Shown piece after piece: positions 1 through 9,417 of a stretch of DNA of 64,000 bases. A program made the position numbers and the translations under genes. The stretch is from the NCBI GenBank assembly GCA_950072105.1, contig CATMOE010000002.1:32001-96000 (forward strand). The letters run 5' to 3'. The notes under the pieces are model-generated. The model was given only the letters and a program-made list of their open reading frames with translations, did no database searches and was not told the DNA's origin. Positions within the stretch are counted from its first letter, which is position 1. Each line of letters begins with the position of its first letter. This stretch comes from an uncultured Dehalococcoidia bacterium (GTDB lineage: Bacteria > Chloroflexota > Dehalococcoidia > Lucifugimonadales > UBA3495).

Positions 1-169
1 CCGCGCTGGTGTCTATGCTGTTGATTTTCGCGTGAGCGTGGGGACTGCGCAAAATGGCCGCATGGACCATTCCCCTCAGCCTGATGTCGTCGGTATAATC
101 GGCCTGCCCCGTCATTAACCTAGGGTCTTCTCGGCGCCGAATACCTGAGCCAAATATTCTAGTGGTCAT
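1..169 (-). CDS. Xanthine dehydrogenase/CoxL-family molybdopterin large subunit, N-terminus only (runs off the window edge)
   Basis: Manual translation from ATG at 169: [55 protein letters not shown], with the RxED-R--TG---Y-DD and RSPHAHA motifs. Overlaps the stop of the CoxS-like gene. Not in the ORF track. Confidence 0.9.
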   Translation of the reverse strand, partial: MTTRIFGSGIRRREDPRLMTGQADYTDDIRLRGMVHAAILRSPHAHAKINSIDTSA

Positions 170-677
170 GGTGGGCGTGCCCCCCAGTTTCGTCATTGTG
201 GGCGTGACCGTCCATCTTTTCTGCGGCCGCTAGAATCGACTTGACGATGTTTTGGTAACCGGTGCAGCGGCAGAGATTGCCCTCCAATCCGGCTCTAACC
301 TCGTCCGAAGACGGATGCGGGTTACGCTCCAGCATTTCCACGGCCGTCATAATCATTCCGGCGGTGCAGTAGCCGCACTGCAGGCCGTGATTGTCCCAGA
401 AAGCTTCTTGCATCGGGTGCAATTCGCTTCCGTTGGCCAGTCCCTCGATGGTGGCGATCTCGGCCCCATCCGCCTGGACCGCCAGGCAAGTACAGGACTT
501 GACGGTGGACCCATTCATAGAGACTACGCAAGCGCCACACTGGCTGGTATCGCAACCGATCTTGGTGCCGGTGAGGCCCAACTCCTCGCGCAGAAAGTGA
601 ACCAACAGCATCCGCGGTTCCACTTCGGCTTGATGCGATTGTCCATTAACCGTAACTTGTATCGGAATCTTTGCCAT
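159..677 (-). CDS. coxS: CoxS/CutS-family (2Fe-2S) small subunit of a molybdenum hydroxylase
   Basis: Motifs [25 protein letters not shown] and GNLCRCTGY. Confidence 0.92.
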   Translation of the reverse strand: MAKIPIQVTVNGQSHQAEVEPRMLLVHFLREELGLTGTKIGCDTSQCGACVVSMNGSTVKSCTCLAVQADGAEIATIEGLANGSELHPMQEAFWDNHGLQCGYCTAGMIMTAVEMLERNPHPSSDEVRAGLEGNLCRCTGYQNIVKSILAAAEKMDGHAHNDETGGHAHHDH

Positions 678-901
678 AACACCCCCATAGAGGCGGAATT
701 TAGCCCCTTTCCACGAGGAACTCTGCTAGTTGGAAACCCCGCAGGTTCGAGTCACCGGAGTATATACTCGCCCAAACGTGGCGTCAACGGATTTCAAGGT
801 TGCGCGGACTCGGTGTCCGGCCCTATGATGCCACTAGATACCATGTCAATCCTTCCCTTCGCAACCCAAGGCAGAATATTAGAGACCGGAGCGGCAAAAC
901 G

Positions 902-2209
902 ATGTTCCCCAAAACCGTATTTCCCGACACCACTACCGTCGATTCCCAAGGGCAGTTAGTCATTGGGGGATGCAACGCCCTGGACCTGGCCTCCCAGTAC
1001 GGCACTCCTGTTTACGTTCTGGACGAGCAAACCCTGCGAGCGCGTTGCCGTTCCTTTGTACAAGAGTTCCGGCAACGCTGGGAGAATTCACAGGTCTACT
1101 ATGCCTGCAAAGCCTACATCAATCCGGCCTTGGCTCAAATATTCGAAGAAGAGGGTTTGGGACTGGACGTGGTCTCCGGGGGCGAGTTGGCCATCGCTCA
1201 GAGGGCAGGATTTCCCCTGGAGCGGGTAACGTTCCACGGCAACAACAAGACACCCGATGAATTGGAATATGCCGTGGCGAACAGCATCGGAACGGTCGCG
1301 GTGGACAGCTTCTATGAAATCGACCTGCTGGACCGTACCGCCGCCGCCGCCGGCAAGGTCCAGAACATCATCATCAGAGTTTCGCCGGGGGTGGACCCCC
1401 ACACCCATGTTCACACGACCACCGGCATACTCGACTCCAAGTTCGGTTTTTCGATACAGACCGGGCACGCCGACCAGGCCGTGCGCCAAGCGCTAAACGC
1501 CTCCAATCTTAATCTCCGGGGATTGCATTTCCATCTGGGGTCGCCGATCTTCGAATTGGAGCCTTATCGGGTTGCCACCGAACTCGTGTTGCGTTGGTCC
1601 GCCCAGTTCCGGGAGGAGGGCCTAGACCTTCAGGAATTCAGCCCCGGCGGCGGCTTCGCCATCGCTTACACCAGGGACGATGCGCCACCGGAGATAGGGG
1701 ATTACGCTGAGGCCATAGTATCCACGATGACATCCACCTGCGCGGACCTGGGGATGGACATACCCGAGTTGATAATCGAGCCAGGCCGGTCAATCATCGG
1801 CCCGGCGGGGGTTGCCCTGTACCAGATCGGAGCGATCAAAGAGATCCCCGGAGTCCGCAAATACGTCAGTGTGGACGGAGGCATGGGCGACAACATACGC
1901 CCGGCCCTTTACCAGGCGATCTACGAGGTGGTTGCCGCCGGCAAGGTCAATAGTGAGCCGGCCGAACGGGTAACCATAGCCGGAAAGTACTGTGAGTCCG
2001 GCGACCTACTAGCCTCTGATGTAATGCTGCCAGAGTTGGTCGCTGGCGACATCCTGGCCATACCCGCCGCCGGAGCATATTGCCCTTCCATGGCCAGCAA
2101 CTACAACCTCAATCCCCGTCCGCCCATGGTACTGGTCAACAACGGCCAAAGCCGCCTCATCCGCCGCCGCGAGAGCTATCAAGACATGATGCTATGCGAC
2201 GTTATATGA
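902..2209 (+). CDS. lysA: Diaminopimelate decarboxylase
   Basis: YGTPVYV, YACKA (PLP Lys), LDVVSGGEL, HGNNK, SKFG, HFHLGS, EPGR, GKYCESGD, GAY..SMASNYN. ATG at 902 chosen as start. Confidence 0.93.
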   Translation: MFPKTVFPDTTTVDSQGQLVIGGCNALDLASQYGTPVYVLDEQTLRARCRSFVQEFRQRWENSQVYYACKAYINPALAQIFEEEGLGLDVVSGGELAIAQRAGFPLERVTFHGNNKTPDELEYAVANSIGTVAVDSFYEIDLLDRTAAAAGKVQNIIIRVSPGVDPHTHVHTTTGILDSKFGFSIQTGHADQAVRQALNASNLNLRGLHFHLGSPIFELEPYRVATELVLRWSAQFREEGLDLQEFSPGGGFAIAYTRDDAPPEIGDYAEAIVSTMTSTCADLGMDIPELIIEPGRSIIGPAGVALYQIGAIKEIPGVRKYVSVDGGMGDNIRPALYQAIYEVVAAGKVNSEPAERVTIAGKYCESGDLLASDVMLPELVAGDILAIPAAGAYCPSMASNYNLNPRPPMVLVNNGQSRLIRRRESYQDMMLCDVI

Positions 2210-2232
2210 GAGGCTTCCCAATTTCCGTAATC

Positions 2233-2255
2233 CTGAAAGCTGACCGCTGAAAGCT
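2233..2255. repeat. Short heptamer tandem repeat (CTGAAAG CTGACCG CTGAAAG)
   Basis: Read directly in the lysA-holB spacer. Confidence 0.45.
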
Positions 2256-2259
2256 TCCT

Positions 2260-3279
2260 ATGTGGCAAATTTACGGCCAATCTCACATCTTGACCCAATT
2301 GGACGCAGGCCTCAGAGAAGGCCGCTTGTCCCACGCTTACCTGCTGGTGGGGCCACCTCGCGTCGGCAAGATGGCCCTCGCTATCAACATCGCCCAAGCC
2401 CTTAATTGTCTCGAGGGTCCCGGGGAGCCCTGTGGGGATTGCGTGCAGTGCACCCGGATCGGCCTTGGGCAGCACGCGGACGTGCGCGTCGTGGGTATTG
2501 GCCCAAGCGAAGAGGGCGGGCCTACCCGTACCGTCATCGGGATCGACGACGTTAAAGACGTGCTCCGGCAGGTCTATCTGAACCCTTACGAAGGCCGGTG
2601 CAGCGTTGTCATCTTCGACGGCGCCGAATCGATGAGCGAACCTGCCGCCAACGCTCTGTTAAAGACTTTGGAAGAGCCCCCGGACCAAGTCACGATATTG
2701 TTACTAACCACCGATGATGATTACCTGTTGTCCACGATCCGCTCCCGGTGCCGCCGTTTGACGCTCCTGCCCGCGCCGAAAGAGGAAATGGTGGAAAGGC
2801 TGGTAGCGGAGCACGGCGTGGACGCGGCAACGGCGGAAAACCTGGCCCGCCTTTCCCGAGGTTGCTACGGTTGGGTCTTCGGCGTTTTGAAGGAAGACCA
2901 AGTCCTGCAAGACCGGGAATCCGATCTGCAGCGTATGTTGGAGATCTGCCAGTCGGGACTGGACATACGATTCAGCTACGCCAGCGAACTGGCCACTATG
3001 TTCAGTCGCGACCGGGATGCTGTCAGACAAGTACTGTTTCTGTGGCTGCGCTGGTGGCGGGACCTATTGTTGATCAAGGAAGGCGCCGGCGATTACGTTC
3101 ACCACACGGATAAGTCCGCCGAGCTAGAAGCGCATCGAAACGGCTTGACCACCATCCAAATAGTCGCATTCGTCAAACAGATTCACCATACGCTGGAGGC
3201 CTTGGATCACAACGCCAGCGCCCGGCTTACCTTAGAAGTCATGATGTTGAATCTACCCGTGGCCGGGGTCCAGGTATAA
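2260..3279 (+). CDS. holB: DNA polymerase III delta' subunit
   Basis: HAYLLVGPPRVGK, zinc-binding C..PCGDCVQC, AANALLKTLEEPP, TIRSRC. Confidence 0.92.
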   Translation: MWQIYGQSHILTQLDAGLREGRLSHAYLLVGPPRVGKMALAINIAQALNCLEGPGEPCGDCVQCTRIGLGQHADVRVVGIGPSEEGGPTRTVIGIDDVKDVLRQVYLNPYEGRCSVVIFDGAESMSEPAANALLKTLEEPPDQVTILLLTTDDDYLLSTIRSRCRRLTLLPAPKEEMVERLVAEHGVDAATAENLARLSRGCYGWVFGVLKEDQVLQDRESDLQRMLEICQSGLDIRFSYASELATMFSRDRDAVRQVLFLWLRWWRDLLLIKEGAGDYVHHTDKSAELEAHRNGLTTIQIVAFVKQIHHTLEALDHNASARLTLEVMMLNLPVAGVQV

Positions 3280-3285
3280 ACAGGT

Positions 3286-3422
3286 ATAAATAGGGTGGTA
3301 GGTATCCGTTGGCGGGAACGGACCCCATAATCGTTGCGGGGACCGGGGACCGGGTGGTGATCAACAAGATCTATGTTGTGGTCCGCACCGAAAAGGGACA
3401 AGAATGGGGTGGCTGGGTAAAG
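3286..3422 (+). pseudogene. Degraded 5' remnant of a PSP1/RicT (YaaT)-like gene
   Basis: Reads ATA-NRVVGIRWRE, then after a frameshift DPIIVAGTGDRVVINKIYVVVRTEKGQEWG. Resembles the RicT N-terminus and lies directly after holB, where yaaT/ricT often sits. Confidence 0.6.
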
Positions 3423-3995
3423 TTACCCGCGTGCTGACCAGGGCACGTAGGGGAGCCACTCCTCAAGAAGAGTGCGGTTTTGCAGGATGAGGTAGGGATT
3501 GGGGTCCGGGGCCCGAGGTTCCTTTTTCAGCAGCATGTTGGCCTCTTCCGGCGTCCGCCCTGCCTTACGCAGGTTGCACCGGTTACACGCAGCGACCACG
3601 TTCTCCCAGGTATGACTGCCGTGTTGGCGGCGGGGCACAACGTGATCCAGAGTCAAGTCCTGGGCTTTCTTGCCGCAGTATTGGCAGGTAAAGCGGTCAC
3701 GCAGAAAGACCTCTTTCTTGGACAACTTTCGCGGCAGGGAGGGCTTTTTTACCATGTAGTCCAAGCGGATCACTGAAGGGACGTCCACCAGGCTGGAAAC
3801 AGTCCTGAGTTGGCCACGGTGGTTTTCCAGCAGCTCCGCTTTGCTTTTGCCCACCAAGATCACGGCGCGCCGGACGGTGCAGATGTTGAGAGGCACGTAG
3901 TTGAGGTTAAGGACCAGCACCGGGGCGTGTAGTAGTTGAACCCCGGACAGGGGAGCATCAAGGCCATCCGTATTTTGATTCGATAGCCCTTCCAT
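3423..3995 (-). CDS. HNH endonuclease (McrA-like, HNH_5 type)
   Basis: VLVLN..Y.PL N-terminus, RDRFTCQYCG, LTLDHVVPR, WENVVAACNRCNLRK. Confidence 0.92.
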   Translation of the reverse strand: MEGLSNQNTDGLDAPLSGVQLLHAPVLVLNLNYVPLNICTVRRAVILVGKSKAELLENHRGQLRTVSSLVDVPSVIRLDYMVKKPSLPRKLSKKEVFLRDRFTCQYCGKKAQDLTLDHVVPRRQHGSHTWENVVAACNRCNLRKAGRTPEEANMLLKKEPRAPDPNPYLILQNRTLLEEWLPYVPWSARG

Positions 3996-4167
3996 GAACC
4001 GGTCCTTTCGGTGATTTGAGACCGAGTTCCCCGTTACTCTGGTTAGTTTAGGTTCCGTTGTTCGGCTATTCTGCCCTAAACGTGAACGATAATCAGCCGC
4101 CTCGCTTTCGGATATGGTAGCACAAGCGCCCGGCCGTGTGTGTACGGTCAGGAAGTATGTGCAGTTA

Positions 4168-4680
4168 TTAATTAACCAACTTATCTAATTCGTCGTCCCA
4201 ATTGCCCGGTATCAGTCCGATGCCCCGAGTGATCACGTCGAAGTTGTCCGCCAGGAAGGACCCCAACTTAGAATCATCGATGGTCTGTTGGGCGTCCTTT
4301 ATGGGGAATTTCTGTATCCCGGTTAAAATGCCGGACAGCAGCAGGAACCCTACGAGGATACCAACGATCAGTCCGCCCAGTTTGTTGAACGACCCGAAGA
4401 AGGGGATGATTCCTAAGACCATCCGAAGCCAAAAGCTCGCCACTCCGCCGGCGATAAACAGGATCAGGAAAACCGCGATGAAACCCGCGGCGGATTGGGC
4501 GTTCTCATTGTCGGTCACGACGCTAAACAGGTCACCCACGGTTGGGGCGATCCTGCTGGAAATAGCCAGACCAACAGCGACTACGAGGAGGTGAACCCCC
4601 ATCTGGAGCAACCCCATGGAAGCTCCCCACGACGCAGTTCCCGCCCAGACAACCAGGATTGCAATGTCAACCCAGTTCAT
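4168..4680 (-). CDS. cvpA: CvpA (colicin V production) family membrane protein
   Basis: MNWVDIAIL start, four hydrophobic helices, NKLGGLIVG motif. Confidence 0.8.
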   Translation of the reverse strand: MNWVDIAILVVWAGTASWGASMGLLQMGVHLLVVAVGLAISSRIAPTVGDLFSVVTDNENAQSAAGFIAVFLILFIAGGVASFWLRMVLGIIPFFGSFNKLGGLIVGILVGFLLLSGILTGIQKFPIKDAQQTIDDSKLGSFLADNFDVITRGIGLIPGNWDDELDKLVN

Positions 4681-4724
4681 CGGCGTGCCCCCTTACCGTA
4701 AGTCTATAACAAGACTGTTTAAGA

Positions 4725-5384
4725 TTACCACGGCAGTATTCGCCGCCTGAAGCTCACCACGTTAGAATCTGCCCAGAGATAGCGCAGGGCAATTAACCCC
4801 GCTAGAGCCAAACCGCCGTACAGAAATCCGCCTATCACGTCGCTGGGCCAATGGACCCCCAGGTATACCCGGGAAGCCCCCATCGCCAGTATCAAGGCGG
4901 CCAGGCAATATTGCAACCATCGCTTGAGCAAAAGCGAGGGTATGACCTGTCCGGCAAGATATATCAAAAGTCCCCCGAAAATCAGGGCGTACATCGAGTG
5001 TCCGCTGGGGAACCCTGGGCTCTCCGGTTCCAGACCAAGCAACACATATTCGGGCCTTGGCCGATCAACTACTTGCTTGAGCTCGTGGCCGATAAACAAC
5101 AGCGCCAGACTCAACAATACGATCACTGCGTCGGCGGGCCGGCGTAACAGCATCAGCGCGGCCGCAACGGCAAGAATCGATCCAACGGCCAAAGGTTGCC
5201 CGCCGATGGTGTCCAACGCCAGGGCCGTGGTATCCAACCACCCTGTCCGCAACTCTTGGATCTGAACTAGGACTGGCTCGTCCCCGGGAAATGAGTCGTA
5301 CACCCCGGCCAGAACAAACATAACCGATGTGAGCAGGAACACACCCGCTAGACCAAAAATTTTCCAGGAAACGTTCCTGCTCAT
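4725..5384 (-). CDS. PAP2-family phosphatase
   Basis: K....RPRP, FPSGH and SRVYLGVHWPSDV motifs. Confidence 0.92.
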   Translation of the reverse strand: MSRNVSWKIFGLAGVFLLTSVMFVLAGVYDSFPGDEPVLVQIQELRTGWLDTTALALDTIGGQPLAVGSILAVAAALMLLRRPADAVIVLLSLALLFIGHELKQVVDRPRPEYVLLGLEPESPGFPSGHSMYALIFGGLLIYLAGQVIPSLLLKRWLQYCLAALILAMGASRVYLGVHWPSDVIGGFLYGGLALAGLIALRYLWADSNVVSFRRRILPW

Positions 5385-5500
5385 ACCGGGCACATTATAC
5401 AATACAGATCGCGCTGATTCGCTCCACCCATGCCGGCGGAACACGACATCTACACCGCAACTTGCCGCTGACCGGGCGTCGATCGAACGGTCAGGGACAA

Positions 5501-5509
5501 TGCTATAAT
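5501..5509 (+). promoter_or_regulatory. Extended -10 promoter element (TGCTATAAT) upstream of cmk
   Basis: Perfect TGnTATAAT about 30 nt before the cmk start. Confidence 0.55.
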
Positions 5510-5539
5510 CCCAAATACAGCTCGTTAACGAGGTAAATC

Positions 5540-6226
5540 TTGGCGCGAAACATAGGCGTGATCGCCATTGACGGCCCGGTGGCTGCCGGCAAGACGATGG
5601 CCGGCCGTGAGTTGGCCAAACAGCTGAATCTCCGATACCTGGACACCGGCGTCATGTACCGGGCTATCACCTGGCTAGCCTTGAAGAATGCCACATCCAT
5701 GGATGACGAGACCGCGCTGGGGGCTTTGGCCGGCGAAAACCCTATACGCCTGGATGGTTGGAACAGCGATCAGGTGTTGGTGGGCGGCGTCAGCATTGGA
5801 CCGGAGCTCCGGGAAGCGGAAGTAGACCGCCACGTTTCGCTGGTCTCCCGCGTCTCGGCCGTCAGGCGAGCTTTGGTGCAACAGCAACGAGACATAGCCT
5901 CACAGAATAATATCGTTATGGTGGGGCGGGACATCGGCACCGTCGTATTGCCCGATGCCGACTTGAAAATCTTTATCACCGCCTCTTTAGAAGAGCGGTC
6001 CCGGCGCCGTTGGCGGGAATTTCTGGCTCAGGGAAGAGAAGCCGATCTCCAGCAGGTACTGGACGAGACGAAGACTCGGGATGAGGTGGATTCCAAACGC
6101 GCCGACTCACCCCTGATTCCCGCCGAGGATGCCTGGGTGTTGAACACCGACGGACTGACCGGAGAACAAGTAGTGGATCTGATCGTCCAACGGGTGAATG
6201 AATCATGCGGCGGGGGAAAAGCGTGA
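5540..6226 (+). CDS. cmk: Cytidylate kinase
   Basis: IAIDGPVAAGKT, YLDTGVMYRA, VMVGRDIGTVVLPDADLKIF. Confidence 0.95.
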   Translation: MARNIGVIAIDGPVAAGKTMAGRELAKQLNLRYLDTGVMYRAITWLALKNATSMDDETALGALAGENPIRLDGWNSDQVLVGGVSIGPELREAEVDRHVSLVSRVSAVRRALVQQQRDIASQNNIVMVGRDIGTVVLPDADLKIFITASLEERSRRRWREFLAQGREADLQQVLDETKTRDEVDSKRADSPLIPAEDAWVLNTDGLTGEQVVDLIVQRVNESCGGGKA

Positions 6227-6915
6227 GCCTGATCTACCCCATGGGTAAAATGCTGGGGCGGTTCTGCTTTGGCGGCTTCGGCAAGCTCAACGTGACCGGG
6301 CTGGAATGTGTCCCCCCGTTCGGTCCAGTCATTCTGATCGCCAACCATCTGTCCATCAACGACCCGCCGGTGTTGGTAGCGACGATCAACCGCCAGTTAA
6401 ACTTCATCGCCAAGCAAGAGTTGTTCCGTAACCCCGTTAGCCGGGCAATTCTAACGCGGTTTGGGGTGCACCCTTTCGACCGCTCCGGCCGGGCGGTGGA
6501 CATCATCAAGCTTACCTTGCGGCTGTTGGCCCAAGACCAAACGGTAGTGCTTTTCCCAGAAGGTACCCGCAGCCCCAATCATACTATGCAAAAAGGCTTG
6601 CCCGGGGCCGCTTATATAGCTATGAAATCTCAAGCGACCATTCTTCCCGTGGGTCTGGTAGGGACGGAAAACTTCCCGAGTTGGCGGATGGCCGTACCTT
6701 TATGCCGCATAGGAGTGAACATCGGTCAACCATTCAGCTTGCCATTGATCGAAGGCAGGCCCAGCCATGAGGTTTTGCAGAGTATGGCGGATATGATGAT
6801 GTCCCGAATCGCCGCCCTATTGCCGAAGAAATACCAAGGTGTCTACGGTTTGCCGTCGGCCGTGGATCCGGGGGCAGCTGGCCCTGAAGACGCAAGGGAA
6901 CCCGTCACGGGTTAA
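6223..6915 (+). CDS. plsC: 1-acyl-sn-glycerol-3-phosphate acyltransferase
   Basis: NHLSINDP (NHx4D), FIAKQEL, FPEGTRS. GTGA overlap with cmk. Confidence 0.88.
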   Translation: MSLIYPMGKMLGRFCFGGFGKLNVTGLECVPPFGPVILIANHLSINDPPVLVATINRQLNFIAKQELFRNPVSRAILTRFGVHPFDRSGRAVDIIKLTLRLLAQDQTVVLFPEGTRSPNHTMQKGLPGAAYIAMKSQATILPVGLVGTENFPSWRMAVPLCRIGVNIGQPFSLPLIEGRPSHEVLQSMADMMMSRIAALLPKKYQGVYGLPSAVDPGAAGPEDAREPVTG

Positions 6916-7001
6916 AACTTTACCAAGCCAATGCCCGACCCGATCGCCCGGAAACCCTTGGGGCGCGATGCGGGAGCGGGACTGAGAATCGGGAGAAGGA
7001 A

Positions 7002-7220
7002 ATGCAACAGGCTTCCAAATTCGGCATCTACCTGAATGGCAAACAGCACCAGGTGGTGCGCATCAACTCGCCTTACTGGATCCCAGAAGAGCCCGACTGG
7101 GTTTTCCTAACTCCGGAGGTAAACGCCACCCTGCTGCAAATTCGTGAACTGGCTAAAGAGAATGGCGGCGCCTCTGATCCAGACTCCATCACTTGGGGCA
7201 GCCTGCCGCTCCTGGACTAA
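7002..7220 (+). CDS. Small hypothetical protein (72 aa)
   Basis: ATG with purine-rich RBS, fills the gap, protein-like composition. Confidence 0.65.
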   Translation: MQQASKFGIYLNGKQHQVVRINSPYWIPEEPDWVFLTPEVNATLLQIRELAKENGGASDPDSITWGSLPLLD

Positions 7221-7241
7221 GGGGCCGCTGGCGCAGCGACG

Positions 7242-8408
7242 TTACCGGCCATTAGCCGTTTTAGAGAACGAGGGCATGACCTGGTCGGCGAATTTGGTGA
7301 GTTGGTCCTTGAAAACTTCCCGGGGCATTCCCATAACCGCTCCCAGGTTGACCCGCTCCACGCCAGGAAATTTCTCCTGAACGCCTTGGAGATGCTCGAT
7401 AATCATTTCCGCTGGGCCGCATAGCCAGCCGTGACCGGCAACCGCCTGCTCCAGAGAAGGTAGTTCCACGCCACGGGAGTGGGCCGGGTCGGCAACCGCC
7501 CCGATCTGCTCCGGCGTCAAGGGCGTCAGTCCCAACGGAGCCGCGAATTTCATCGCCTCCTCATAATAGGGGCGAGCCAATTCCATCGCCTTCTCTTGAG
7601 TGTCGGCGATAAAGAACCGGTACCCGATCGCCACGTCCTCTCCCAGTTCCTTGTCATGCCCATGGGCTTTGACCGCATCCCGGTAGAGTTTCATCCGATC
7701 GGCTAGAACGGAGTCAGAGTTGTTGGAGATAAGGGGCTTGATGCCCATCTTGGCCATGAAGTCGACGCCCCTGGGGTTTCCGCTAACCAAGGGCTGCCAG
7801 ATCTCTACGGGTTGGTTCACGGGCCGAGGCACCAGGCTCAGTTTCTCCAAATCGTAGCCCCGGTAGGGAACCTTCGCGGGAATCTGATAGTGCTTTCCCT
7901 CGTAGGAGAAGGACTCTTCCTGGAACGCCTTCAGTATGACCTCAACTTGCTCTTCAAACAGGTCCCGGTTGGCGTCTCCATCTAACATGGGCGAGCCGAA
8001 GGTTTCCACCTCTCGAGTGTGGTACCCACGGCCGACACCGAAGATGACCCGGCCTTTGGTCAGGATGTCGGCCATGGCAAAGTCTTCTGCCAAGCGCAAC
8101 GGATGCCACATCGGGGCGATGTTAAACCCGCAACCGAACTTCAGCCGTTCGGTCTGACTGGACAGATATAGGCTGAGCATCAAAAGATTGGGGATGCATT
8201 CGTACCCTTCGGGCTGGAAGTGATGCTCGGCCAGCCAGAACTCGTCATAGCCCAGCCGGTCCAGATGCTGCGCGATGTCCACCGACCAATCGAAGACCTG
8301 GGCCAGTTGATCGTTGGAGTACCACCGGTCGTTGGCCGCCGTACCGGCGAATCCCAGATTGTCGTCGAACACATGCCCGGCATAAGAAGCAGAGAAACTG
8401 TGAATCAT
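7242..8408 (-). CDS. Luciferase-like monooxygenase (LLM) family protein
   Basis: GYDEFWLAEHHFQPEG, HPLRLAED, GRVIFGVGRGY. Confidence 0.92.
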   Translation of the reverse strand: MIHSFSASYAGHVFDDNLGFAGTAANDRWYSNDQLAQVFDWSVDIAQHLDRLGYDEFWLAEHHFQPEGYECIPNLLMLSLYLSSQTERLKFGCGFNIAPMWHPLRLAEDFAMADILTKGRVIFGVGRGYHTREVETFGSPMLDGDANRDLFEEQVEVILKAFQEESFSYEGKHYQIPAKVPYRGYDLEKLSLVPRPVNQPVEIWQPLVSGNPRGVDFMAKMGIKPLISNNSDSVLADRMKLYRDAVKAHGHDKELGEDVAIGYRFFIADTQEKAMELARPYYEEAMKFAAPLGLTPLTPEQIGAVADPAHSRGVELPSLEQAVAGHGWLCGPAEMIIEHLQGVQEKFPGVERVNLGAVMGMPREVFKDQLTKFADQVMPSFSKTANGR

Positions 8409-8422
8409 CTAATCATTCCTGG

Positions 8423-9349
8423 CTACTGACTGGGCGCTTGGACGGGAGCGGGGTTGAACAGCTCCACTCCGATGGTGGCCGGGAAAACTTTGGCCAGTTC
8501 TTCCACCGTCCACCGGCTCTCTTTGTGGATGGTTCTTACCGGCTCCGGGTTGTTCATCAGGCTTACTAAGCCTTCGGTGACGTGGAAAACATGGCCGTTG
8601 ACGTGGGCCGCCTCATCGGAGGCCAACCAAGTAACCATGGGAGCGATGTCTTCGCCTTCACCACGCAGCCTCGGGGCCGAGCTGGCGGACCCGCCGATAC
8701 CCCGAGCCGCCCGTAGGTTCCGGGCTTCTTCCGGCACGGTCCCGGTCATGCGGGTGGCGGCGCCGGGAGATATGGAGTTGGAGGTGACGCCGTAACGTCC
8801 CATGTCCCGAGCCAGCACACGGGTGAGTCCGGCGATGCCGTCCTTGGCCGCCCCGTAATTGGCCTGGCCCGAGTTTCCGTACAGACCGGACACCGACGTG
8901 AAAGTTATTATCCTTCCCGATCGTTGCTGCCGGTAAAGGATGCAGGCGTGCTTGACAACGGAGAAGGTGCCCTTCAAGTGGACCGCGATCACGTCGTCCC
9001 ATTCTTCTTCGCTCATATTGAAGACCATGCGGTCCCGAAGGATCCCGGCGCAGGTTACGACGATATCCAGCTTGCCGTAATTTTCCACCGCGGTCTGGAC
9101 GATCCTCTCGCCGCCATCCATCGTGACAACCGATTCTAAACACGCTGTGGCTTCGCCGCCGGCCTGCTTGATCTCGGATACCACGGAACCGGCGAATGAG
9201 TTGTCGGCGCCGGTGCCGTCGACGTTGACACCCGGGTCCACCACCACTACTTTCGCCCCTTGTTCGGCCATCAGCATGGCGATGCCCCGTCCGATTCCCC
9301 GGCCAGAGCCGGTCACTATTGCTACTTTGTCTTGAAGTAAGTTTGCCAT
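8423..9349 (-). CDS. SDR oxidoreductase, MFE-2/(R)-3-hydroxyacyl-CoA dehydrogenase-like (paralogue B)
   Basis: TGSGRGIG, AGILRDR, VHLKGTF, GQANYGAAK. Confidence 0.9.
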   Translation of the reverse strand: MANLLQDKVAIVTGSGRGIGRGIAMLMAEQGAKVVVVDPGVNVDGTGADNSFAGSVVSEIKQAGGEATACLESVVTMDGGERIVQTAVENYGKLDIVVTCAGILRDRMVFNMSEEEWDDVIAVHLKGTFSVVKHACILYRQQRSGRIITFTSVSGLYGNSGQANYGAAKDGIAGLTRVLARDMGRYGVTSNSISPGAATRMTGTVPEEARNLRAARGIGGSASSAPRLRGEGEDIAPMVTWLASDEAAHVNGHVFHVTEGLVSLMNNPEPVRTIHKESRWTVEELAKVFPATIGVELFNPAPVQAPSQ

Positions 9350-9417
9350 CTTTCCGCTACCTCAGATTCCTAAACTAAATATGCTGCTGCTCTGATAAAC
9401 CCAACCGGCTGAGATAC

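Noticed and set aside
159..205. His-rich metal-binding tail on CoxS ([15 protein letters not shown])
   Set aside because: It overlaps the RBS and start of the downstream large-subunit gene, so it is probably a by-product of gene overlap.
1..677. True (form I) CO dehydrogenase
   Set aside because: The diagnostic active-site loop of the large subunit lies outside the window, so only family-level assignment is possible.
678..901. Lysine riboswitch or tRNA fragment upstream of lysA (AGAGGCG; GGTTCGAGTC)
   Set aside because: The T-loop-like motif has no pairing T-stem or cloverleaf, and I could not build the L-box helices.
3423..3995. HNH gene as a mobile homing or defence element
   Set aside because: Native-looking composition, a common stand-alone HNH_5 architecture, and no intron, methylase or flanking repeats.
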